This document shows, piece after piece, positions 21,315 to 31,059 of a stretch of DNA of 64,000 bases (positions are counted from its first letter, which is position 1; each line of letters opens with the position of its first letter). Where the stretch lies: NCBI GenBank assembly GCA_963748015.1, contig CAVVHE010000008.1, positions 736,001 to 800,000 of the forward strand. The letters run 5' to 3'. This DNA is from Terriglobia bacterium. Lineage in GTDB: Bacteria; Acidobacteriota; Polarisedimenticolia; Polarisedimenticolales; JAIQFR01. Both the position numbers and the translations under genes were made by a program. The notes beneath the pieces are model-generated. The model saw only the letters and a list, made by a program, of their open reading frames with translations. It had not been told where the DNA came from and did not search any database.

Positions 21315-23552
21315 TCATCTCGAAACGACCTCGAGGGTCGTGTAGGCCGGGAGGATCTTCTTCGAGCCGGTCCCGGCGAAACGAATCGTCAGCTTGAGCG
21401 TCTTGCCGCTCCCTTCCCTCTCCAGGATTCGCCCGCTCCCGAATCGGGGATGGGCCACGATCGCCCCGACCCGAAACCCGTCCTCGGGGACGGGGCCGGA
21501 GGGCGCCGCCGGCGCCTGGACCGCTTCCACCGATCGGGGTCGCGAGGCGGCGCGGGCGGCGGACGAGCCGAAGCGCCCGGCGTCGTGACGGAAGCTTCCC
21601 GCGGCCGGCTCCGAGGCGCGGTCGAAGGGCCGGGAGACGGTCTCGCGGACCAGCTCCCTCGGGATCTCGAACAGGAAGCGGGACGGCGCGGCGAAGGTCG
21701 GCTGTCCCTGGATGCGGCGCACCTCCGCGAGGCTGAGCAGCAGCCGCTCCTTCGCGCGGGTCATCGCCACGTAGCAGAGCCGGCGCTCCTCCTCGAGGTC
21801 GTCGTCGGACTCCTGCGCGCGCGCGTGGGGGAACAGGTTCTCCTCGAGCCCCGCCAGGAAGACCACCGGGAACTCGAGCCCCTTGGCGCAGTGGATGGTC
21901 ATCAGCGTCACGCCCGGCTTCGCGCCGACCTCGTCCGCGTCCGAGACGAGCGCCGACCGGTCCAGGAACCCCAGGAGCAGGCCCTCGCCGTTCTCGTCCT
22001 GGTACTCCGCGGCGGCGGAGACCAGCGCGCGGACGTTGTCCATCCGGTCGGCTCCCTCGCCCGGGTGGGAGCGCGAGAGGTAGTCCGCGTAGTCGAGGTC
22101 GGCGATCAGCCCCTCGAGCAGGAGCACCACCGGCTCGCGCGCCGCGCGCTCCGCGAGACCGTGCGCCAGGTCGAGGAAGATGCGCACCAGCCGCGCCGAT
22201 CGCGGGGAGACGAGCCCGTCCGCCAGGGCCCGGTCGGCCGCGGCCGAGAGCGGGATGCCCTCGGCGCGAGCCACGTCCTCGATGACCTTCAGCGTGGCGT
22301 CGCCGATCCCCCGCGGGGGCGTGTTCAGCACCCTCCGGAACGAGACGTCGTCCGAGGGGTTCGCGGCCAGCTTCAGGTACGCGAGGATGTCCTTGACCTC
22401 CTTGCGCTCGTAGAAGCGCACCGACCCCACCACCTGGTAGGGGAGGCGGTCGGCGCGCAGGGCCTCCTCGAGCAGCCTCGACTGCGCGTTGGTGCGGTAG
22501 AGGACCGCGAAGTCCTGGTGGGATCGTCCAGGAAGCAGCTCGGCGATCCGGCGGGAGATCCATCGCGCTTCCGCCCGGTCGTCGGGGGCGCGGAACAGCT
22601 CGATCGGCTCGCCGCGGGCGTTCCGGGTCCAGAGGCTCTTTCCCTTGCGGCCGACGTTCTTCGCGACGACGGCGCCGGCGGCGTCCAGGATGATCCCCGT
22701 GGAACGGTAGTTCTGCTCGAGCTTGACCACCCGCGTGCCGGGGTGGTCCTTCTCGAAGTCCAGGATGTTGCGGATCTCCGCCCCGCGGAACTTGTAGATC
22801 GACTGGTCCTCGTCGCCCACGACGCAGACGTTGTCGTGCCGGGACGACAGGGCCTTGACCAGCGCGTACTGAGGCCGGTTGGTGTCCTGATACTCGTCCA
22901 CCAGCAGGTGCTCGCAGCGGGACGCGTACCGGGCCGCCGTCTCCTCGTCCTTCGTGAGGAGCTCCAGGGCGCGGAGGAGCAGGTCGTCGAAGTCCACCGC
23001 CCCGGCCCGGCGCAGCCTCTCCTCGTAGATCTCGTACGTCCGGGCGGCGAGCCTCGCCTCGGGCGAGAAGGCGCGCTCGGCCATCGCGGCCGGCGTGATC
23101 ATGGCGTTCTTGGCCCGGCTGATCCGCGAGAGGACCGGCCGCGCGGCCGGCGGCTCGTCGTCGGTGTGCTCGTCCCGGAGGATCCGGCGCACGAGCGCCA
23201 TCTGGTCGTCGGCGTCGTACACGACGAAGCCCGGGTCGAGTCCGATCCGCATGCCGTCGCGCCGCAGGATCCTGAGGCACATCGCGTGGAACGTGCCGAT
23301 CCACGCCGGCAGCGCGCCGGCGCCGAGCAGCCGCTCGACCCGCGAGCGCATCTCGCCGGCGGCCTTGTTCGTGAAGGTCACGGCGACGATCCGCGAGGGA
23401 TCCACGCCGACGTGGAGGACGAGATGGGCGATCCGGTGGGTGATGACCCGGGTCTTGCCGGAGCCGGCCCCCGCGAGGACGAGCAGGGGCCCTCCCCCGT
23501 GGGTGACCGCCTCGACCTGGGCGGGGTTCAGCCCGTCGAGCAGCTCGCTCAT
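21315..23552 (-). CDS. pcrA: ATP-dependent DNA helicase PcrA/UvrD
   Basis: LAGAGSGKT, VTFTNKAA, VDEYQDTN, VGDEDQSIY, LEQNYRS and EERRLCYVAMTRA motifs, plus a C-terminal Tudor-like VAHPRFGSG. Confidence 0.95.
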   Translation of the reverse strand: MSELLDGLNPAQVEAVTHGGGPLLVLAGAGSGKTRVITHRIAHLVLHVGVDPSRIVAVTFTNKAAGEMRSRVERLLGAGALPAWIGTFHAMCLRILRRDGMRIGLDPGFVVYDADDQMALVRRILRDEHTDDEPPAARPVLSRISRAKNAMITPAAMAERAFSPEARLAARTYEIYEERLRRAGAVDFDDLLLRALELLTKDEETAARYASRCEHLLVDEYQDTNRPQYALVKALSSRHDNVCVVGDEDQSIYKFRGAEIRNILDFEKDHPGTRVVKLEQNYRSTGIILDAAGAVVAKNVGRKGKSLWTRNARGEPIELFRAPDDRAEARWISRRIAELLPGRSHQDFAVLYRTNAQSRLLEEALRADRLPYQVVGSVRFYERKEVKDILAYLKLAANPSDDVSFRRVLNTPPRGIGDATLKVIEDVARAEGIPLSAAADRALADGLVSPRSARLVRIFLDLAHGLAERAAREPVVLLLEGLIADLDYADYLSRSHPGEGADRMDNVRALVSAAAEYQDENGEGLLLGFLDRSALVSDADEVGAKPGVTLMTIHCAKGLEFPVVFLAGLEENLFPHARAQESDDDLEEERRLCYVAMTRAKERLLLSLAEVRRIQGQPTFAAPSRFLFEIPRELVRETVSRPFDRASEPAAGSFRHDAGRFGSSAARAASRPRSVEAVQAPAAPSGPVPEDGFRVGAIVAHPRFGSGRILEREGSGKTLKLTIRFAGTGSKKILPAYTTLEVVSR

Positions 23553-23642
23553 GGGCACACGTCCGCCCCGGCGCGCCGCGTACGCTGATCGAACCGCTCC
23601 GGTGGATTCAAGCGACCTCCCGACTGCCGATCGAAGCCGTAA

Positions 23643-23805
23643 GTCGGGATTCCGCGTTCGAGGTCGACCCGAAGCGGCCCTGTTTTCGAGCGGCCGTTTC
23701 TTCCCTGAACGGCCGCTCGAAAACCGGAGCCAGGCGGCGCGGCGACTCGAGCCGCGCAACGCCGCAGCGCGCCGCGCGGGTCGACCTCGAACGCGGAATC
23801 CCGAC
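23643..23805. repeat. Nested palindromic element: perfect 29-bp outer inverted repeat enclosing 17-bp and 7-bp hairpins
   Basis: 23643-23671 is the exact reverse complement of 23777-23805. 23682-23698 pairs with 23708-23724 and 23737-23743 pairs with 23751-23757. Confidence 0.9.
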
Positions 23806-23954
23806 GTGCCCGCCTAGTGTAGCGAATCGCGAATGCCGCTGCACCCGGGAGGGGGAGTTGGGGCCGGCGAGGGACGGCAACCGCTCAGGTACGATGCCAG
23901 GCAGTCGCCTTCAAGCAGTCGGTGTCGTGCAGGCCGGTTGCAGTTCCCGTCGGA

Positions 23955-25796
<1,842 letters not shown>

Positions 25797-25894
25797 GAGT
25801 CCACCCCCCACCGGTGCCGGTCAGGGAGAATATAGTTCCCTCGCCGCGGCGAGACACGCGGGCTCGCCTTGGATCGAGGCGGGCCGGAGCGGTC

Positions 25895-27334
25895 CTACCG
25901 CCGGCGACGTCCCGTCTTCGGCTTCTCTTCCTTCTTGAGTTTGTTCTTCTGACGCTCGACCCAGCCGAGGATGTTCGTCTGCCGGGCGCGGCCGATGGCC
26001 AGGGAGCCCGCCGGCACGTTCTCGGTGACCGTGGTTCCGGCCGCGACGTACGCGCCCTTGCCCACCCTGACCGGCGCCACGAGCTGGGTGTCGCTCCCGA
26101 TGAAGACTCCGGGGCCGAGGGTCGTGGGGTGCTTTCGCCGCCCGTCGTAGTTGCACGTGATCGTGCCGGCGCCGATGTTGCAGCCCGGTCCGATGGTGGC
26201 GTCCCCGAGGTAGGTCAGGTGCTGGGCCTTGGAGCCCCGGCCGAGCCGCGTCTTCTTCATCTCGACGAAGTTCCCGATCTTGGCGCCGGGTTCGAGGACC
26301 GATCCGGGCCTCAAGTGCGAGAACGGCCCCGCCGACGAGCCGTCCTTGAGGCGGCTCCCCTCGATGACGCTGTGGTCCTTGATCTCGACGCCGCGGCCGA
26401 GCACCACGTCCACGAGGCGGCAGCCGGAGCGGACGGTGCATTCCTCGCCGATGATCGATCGTCCCTCGACGAGGACGTCGGGATAGAGCACCGTGTCCCG
26501 CCCGACGCGCGCCCGCGGGTCCACCCAGGTTCTCGAGGAATCGAGCAGGGTGACCCCGGCGTCCTGCAGCGCCGCGGCCTTGCGGGCGTAGAGGGTCAGG
26601 CCGGCGCGCGCCAGCTCCGCGCGGGTGTTGACGCCGAGAACCTCCTCGGCGTCGTCGTGGAGGACGGCGACCACCTTCTCGCCGCGCTCGAGGAGCCGGT
26701 GCACGGCATCCGTGAGGTAGTACTCCCGCTGGGCGTTCGCCGGCTCGAGCGAGCGCAGGACCGCGAGGAGCTTCCCCGCGTCCGCGCAGTAGATGCCGCA
26801 GTTGATCTCGGCGATCTCCCGCTCCGCCGGGCTCGCGTCGCGGTGCTCCACGATCCGGAGGACGCCCCCCGAGGGGTCGCGCACCACCCGGCCGTAGCCG
26901 GCCGGGTCGGGGATCTTCGCGGAGACGAGGGTCAGGGCCGCGCCCGAGCGCCGGTGGCGCGCGACGAGAGCTCGAAGGGTCGCCGTGCGGAGCGTCGGGA
27001 GGTCGCCGTTCAAGATAAGGAGGGTCGAGGGGCGGGCCCGTCGGAGAAGCGGGGCGGTCACGAGCACCGCGTGTCCCGTTCCGCGCTGATCCTCCTGGAG
27101 GACGAAATCGTCGCTCAGGTCGGCCAGCGCGCCGCGCACCTCGTCCGCCTGGTGGCCGATCACGGTGATCCGCCGCGCCGGTCCGAGCCCGCGCGCCGCC
27201 TCGAGAACGTGGGCCACCATGGGGCGCCCGGCGACCTGGTGCAGGAGCTTGATGCGCCGCGATCGCATCCGCTTGCCGAGGCCGGCGGCGAGCACCAGGA
27301 CGGTGAGCGGCGACCGAGACGGGCCGCGGCTCAT
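25895..27334 (-). CDS. glmU: Bifunctional UDP-GlcNAc pyrophosphorylase / GlcN-1-P acetyltransferase
   Basis: LAAGLGKRM, QRGTGHA, EYYLTD, GNFVEMK, HLTYLGDA and NIGAGTITCNYDG motifs. Confidence 0.96.
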   Translation of the reverse strand: MSRGPSRSPLTVLVLAAGLGKRMRSRRIKLLHQVAGRPMVAHVLEAARGLGPARRITVIGHQADEVRGALADLSDDFVLQEDQRGTGHAVLVTAPLLRRARPSTLLILNGDLPTLRTATLRALVARHRRSGAALTLVSAKIPDPAGYGRVVRDPSGGVLRIVEHRDASPAEREIAEINCGIYCADAGKLLAVLRSLEPANAQREYYLTDAVHRLLERGEKVVAVLHDDAEEVLGVNTRAELARAGLTLYARKAAALQDAGVTLLDSSRTWVDPRARVGRDTVLYPDVLVEGRSIIGEECTVRSGCRLVDVVLGRGVEIKDHSVIEGSRLKDGSSAGPFSHLRPGSVLEPGAKIGNFVEMKKTRLGRGSKAQHLTYLGDATIGPGCNIGAGTITCNYDGRRKHPTTLGPGVFIGSDTQLVAPVRVGKGAYVAAGTTVTENVPAGSLAIGRARQTNILGWVERQKNKLKKEEKPKTGRRRR

Positions 27335-27936
27335 TTCTCGTCGGGGGTGGGCTCGATGACGTCGATGAAGACGGCCTCGTCCCGCACCTTGTCGAAATCG
27401 GGATCGTTGGCGGCCTGGAACCGGCAGCGGGGGTCGATCGCCACCGCCTGGCGGAGGTCGGCGGCCGCGCCCTCGGCGAGGCCGGACAGGGCTCGCGCGG
27501 CCGCCCTGGCGTAGAAGACGCCCGCCGACGACGCGTCGAGCTGCGCCGCCCGGTCGAGGTACTCGAGGGCCCGCGCGTACTGGCCGTCGTTCGCGCTCAC
27601 GACGCCGGCGAAGTAGAGCTCCTCGGCGGTCTCCGGCTTCCGCTCCGGGGGGGCGAGCTTTCGCGCGCAGATCGTGGCGTAGGTCCTGGCCCTCTGCGCC
27701 ATCACCGGCTCGTCCGGGTTCTCCTTGCGGAGCAAGTCGAAGATCTCCATCGACTTGGCGTAGCTCCCCTGATGCAGGAGATCGATCGCGGTGGCGAAAT
27801 CGCGCAGGGACTGTTCGTACGCCTCGGTGAGCTTCGGCTTCGGCGGAGTCTTCTGCGGCTTCGCGGGCGCCTCGGGTTTGGCCGCCTTGGGGTGCGCGGG
27901 CGTCTTGGTGGCCGGGACCTTCTTCTTCGTCGGCAT
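27331..27936 (-). CDS. TPR-repeat protein with a Lys/Pro/Ala-rich N-terminus
   Basis: TPR helices and a C-terminal AANDPDF motif. Its stop overlaps the glmU start (ATGA). Confidence 0.75.
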   Translation of the reverse strand: MPTKKKVPATKTPAHPKAAKPEAPAKPQKTPPKPKLTEAYEQSLRDFATAIDLLHQGSYAKSMEIFDLLRKENPDEPVMAQRARTYATICARKLAPPERKPETAEELYFAGVVSANDGQYARALEYLDRAAQLDASSAGVFYARAAARALSGLAEGAAADLRQAVAIDPRCRFQAANDPDFDKVRDEAVFIDVIEPTPDEK

Positions 27937-28092
27937 GGGTCGCTCTCCGCAGCTCCGGACGCAAAGCCGTTCGCGAGTACGGACGGCGAGTCGCTCCCGC
28001 CGTACGCGTCGCGATAACGAGCCATCATAGCGGGGGGGTCCAAGGGATTCAACTGCGTCCGGCGGGACCGCGGGACCCGGTAGAATGCGGGT

Positions 28093-28608
28093 GTGGTGGT
28101 GGAGGGGTACGTCGGTCTCGGGAGCAACCTGGGCGACCGGGAGGCCTACCTGCGCGCGGGGATCGAGGGGATCGGCCGGCCGGGAGTTGTCGCGGAGGCG
28201 CTCTCGTCGGTCTGGGAGACCCAGCCGGTGGACACCGAGGAGCCGCTCTGGTTCCTGAACATGGTCGTCCGCATCGCCACCCGGCTGTCGCCCGAGGAGG
28301 TCCTCGACCGGCTGCTGCGGGTGGAGGCCGAGGTCGGGCGGGTGCGCAGCTCGAGGAACGCGCCGAGGGTGCTGGACCTCGACCTGCTGATCCTGGGGGA
28401 CTTCCGCCGCGAGGGCGAGCGGCTCGTCCTCCCGCACCCGCGCATGTGGGAGCGCCGGTTCGTGCTCGCTCCGCTCGAGGAGCTCGCCTCCGGCCTCGTC
28501 CGCCCGGGCACCGGCCGCACCGTCCGCGAGGAGCTCGAAGCGCTCCCCGATCCCCACACGGCGCGAAAGATCGGAACGCTTGCCTTGCCGGGAGCGCGCC
28601 CCTTATAA
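28093..28608 (+). CDS. folK: 2-amino-4-hydroxy-6-hydroxymethyldihydropteridine diphosphokinase
   Basis: YVGLGSNLGDR, FLNMV, PRVLDLDLL and LPHPRMWERRFVL motifs. Confidence 0.95.
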   Translation: MVVEGYVGLGSNLGDREAYLRAGIEGIGRPGVVAEALSSVWETQPVDTEEPLWFLNMVVRIATRLSPEEVLDRLLRVEAEVGRVRSSRNAPRVLDLDLLILGDFRREGERLVLPHPRMWERRFVLAPLEELASGLVRPGTGRTVREELEALPDPHTARKIGTLALPGARPL

Positions 28609-28632
28609 TCGCGCCCCCTCAACGGGAGAGGC

Positions 28633-29270
28633 ATGAAATTTCGGTCGATCGCGGTCGAAGGCCCCATCGGCGTCGGTAAGACCTCGTTCGTGGAGCTCCT
28701 CGCCCGGAAGATCGAGGCGCAGAAGGTCCTGGAGCAGGTCGACAACCCGTTCCTGCGGGACTTCTACCAGGACAAGACCGGGATCGGCCTTCCAGGCGCA
28801 GCTCTTCTTCCTCCTGTCCCGCTACCGGCAGCTGATGGAGCTGGGGCAGCGCGACCTGTTCCCCAGGTCGCGGTTTGCGACTACATCTTCCCGAAGGACA
28901 AGATCTTCGCCTACCTGAACCTCGACGACAGCGAGCTCCTGATCTACGACAAGCTCTACGCGATGCTGGAGCCGCAGGTGCCGAAGCCGGACCTGGTGAT
29001 CTTCCTGCAGGCCGAGACCGCACGCCTCGTCGAGCGGATCAAGCGCCGCCGCGGGACTACGAGGCCGAGATCTGCGAGGCGTACGTCAACGAGGTCAACA
29101 AGGCGTACAACTACTTCTTCTTCCACTACACCCAGACCCCGCTCCTGGTGATCGACACCACCGAGATCGACTTCGTGCACCACGAGGAGCACCTCGACGA
29201 GCTGATCGAGCAAATCCGGAAAATGGACCGGGGGGTGCAGTACTACCGGCCCCTCGGCTCCGCGTCCTAG
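28633..29270 (+). CDS. Deoxynucleoside kinase (frameshifted, probably by sequencing error)
   Basis: IAVEGPIGVGKTS, NPFL..FY, DYIFPKDKIFA and PKPDLVIFLQA. The C-terminus lies in ORF 28875-29270. Confidence 0.88.
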
Positions 29271-29369
29271 GAGCCCGGCCGAGTCGTCCCGCGACCCGCG
29301 CGATGACGCGGAGGGGCTCCCAGCTTCCCTCGACCGCCCGGCGGGGCAGCGGGGAGAACGGGAGGCCGC

Positions 29370-30192
29370 GTGAGTCCCACCGAGAAGAAGCCCTTGCGCA
29401 TGACCGTCCCCGCTTTTCGCGCCCGGAAGGGGCAGGGGAGCCCCCTCGTCGTGCTGACCGCGTATGACGCGTACCACCGCTCTCGCGGCGGAGGAGGCGG
29501 GGGTGGACTGCCTGCTCGTGGGCGACTCCCTGGGCATGGTGGTCCTGGGGTACGACACGACGCTCAAGGTCACCATGGACGAGATGCTGCACCACGCCCG
29601 GGCGGTCGGGCGGGTGCGGCGGCGCGCGCTGCTGGTCGCCGACATGCCGTGGCTGTCGTTCCACCTCGGCGAGGAGGATGCCGTGCGCAACGCCGCCCGC
29701 TTCGTGCGGGAGGCGGGTGCCGACGCCGTGAAGATCGAGGGGGGGCGGCGGCGCCTGACGGTCGTGCGCGCGCTCCTCGACGCCGAGATCCCGGTGATGG
29801 GGCACCTCGGCCTCACCCCGCAGTCGGTCCTCCGCTTCGGCGGGTACAAGGTCCAGGGACGGGCGGAGGCCGATGCGGATGCCCTCGTCGACGACGCCCG
29901 CGCGCTCGCCGACGCGGGAGTCTTCTCGATCGTGCTCGAGGGGATCCCCGCCGGTCTCGCGGAGAGGGTGACCGCCGAGGTCGGGGTCCCCACGATCGGC
30001 ATCGGCGCCGGCCGCCGGTGCGACGGCCAGGTCCTGGTGATCCACGACCTCCTCGGCCTGCTCCCCGGCCCCGCGCCGAAATTCGTGCGCCGCTACGCGA
30101 ACCTCCACGAATCGGAGGTCGAGGCCATCCGCCGCTGGGCCGACGACGTCCGCGCCCGGAAGTACCCGTCGGACGCCGAGACCTATTCGTAG
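29370..30192 (+). CDS. panB: 3-methyl-2-oxobutanoate hydroxymethyltransferase (frameshift ~29470)
   Basis: LTAYD, LLVGDSLGMV, AVKIEGG, GHLGLTPQS and IGIGAG..DGQVLV motifs. Confidence 0.94.
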
Positions 30193-30200
30193 GGGAACCC

Positions 30201-31046
30201 ATGGAAATCGTGCGGCGCGTCCATGCGATGAAGGAGATGTCGCGGCAGGCGCGCTCGAAAGCGCGACGGATCGGGTTCGTGCCGACGATGGGATACCTCC
30301 ACGACGGGCACCTGAGCCTGATCCGGCGGGTCAAGGAGATGTCCGATCTCGTCGTGGTGTCCATCTTCGTCAACCCGACCCAGTTCGGACCAGGAGAGGA
30401 CTACGCCCACTACCCGAGGGACCTCGCCCGCGACGCCGACCGGTGCGTCGCGGAAGGTGTCGACATCGTGTTCGCGCCGGAGGCCGACGAGGTCTATCCC
30501 GCCGATGCCTGCACCTGGGTGGACGTCGAGGGGCTCTCCGCGAGGCTCGAGGGCGCGAGCCGGCCCGGTCACTTCCGCGGCGTGGCCACCGTGGTGCTCA
30601 AGCTCTTCAACGTCGTACAGCCCCACGTGGTGGCCTTCGGCCAGAAGGACGCGCAGCAGGCGGTCATCGTGCAGCGCATGACCCGCGATCTCCTCCTCGA
30701 CACGGAGATCCTCGTGCTCCCGACCGTCCGCGACGAGGATGGCGTGGCGCTGTCGAGCCGGAACGTCCGCCTGTCGCCGGACGAGCGCCGCGCCGCGCAG
30801 GCGATTCCCCGCGCACTCAAGGCGGCGGAGGTCGCGATCGAGAGCGGCGAGCGGGACCCGGCGAAGGTCGTCGAGACCGCGCGGCGCCTCCTCGAGGCCG
30901 AGCAGGTCCTGAGGGTGGACTACGTCGAGCTGGTGGACACGGCGAAGCTCCAGCCGGTTGCGGCGCTCGAGGGGGAGATGCTCCTCGCGGTCGCCGTCTA
31001 CGCCGGGAAAACCCGCCTCATCGACAACATCGTCGTGACGCCTTGA
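30201..31046 (+). CDS. panC: Pantoate--beta-alanine ligase
   Basis: GFVPTMGYLHDGH, SIFVNPTQF, RPGHFRGV, FGQKDAQQ, LSSRN and RLIDN motifs. Confidence 0.96.
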   Translation: MEIVRRVHAMKEMSRQARSKARRIGFVPTMGYLHDGHLSLIRRVKEMSDLVVVSIFVNPTQFGPGEDYAHYPRDLARDADRCVAEGVDIVFAPEADEVYPADACTWVDVEGLSARLEGASRPGHFRGVATVVLKLFNVVQPHVVAFGQKDAQQAVIVQRMTRDLLLDTEILVLPTVRDEDGVALSSRNVRLSPDERRAAQAIPRALKAAEVAIESGERDPAKVVETARRLLEAEQVLRVDYVELVDTAKLQPVAALEGEMLLAVAVYAGKTRLIDNIVVTP

Positions 31047-31059
31047 CAGGGGGAGCGCC

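Noticed and set aside
23553..23954. Tn7-like element at attTn7 downstream of glmS
   Set aside because: No tns genes or TGT...ACA ends with TnsB sites are visible, and pcrA follows within ~400 bp.
25797..25894. glmS ribozyme upstream of glmS
   Set aside because: The intergenic region is under 100 bp and lacks the conserved AGCGCC/GACGAGG core.
27940..28030. GGACGCAAAGCC resembling a c-di-GMP-I riboswitch
   Set aside because: The upstream GGCAAAC...GNRA stem is absent. Only a generic hairpin is present.
29271..29369. Possible pan RNA motif upstream of panB
   Set aside because: The GC-rich spacer shows no recognisable bulged-A hairpins by eye. An Rfam scan would be needed.
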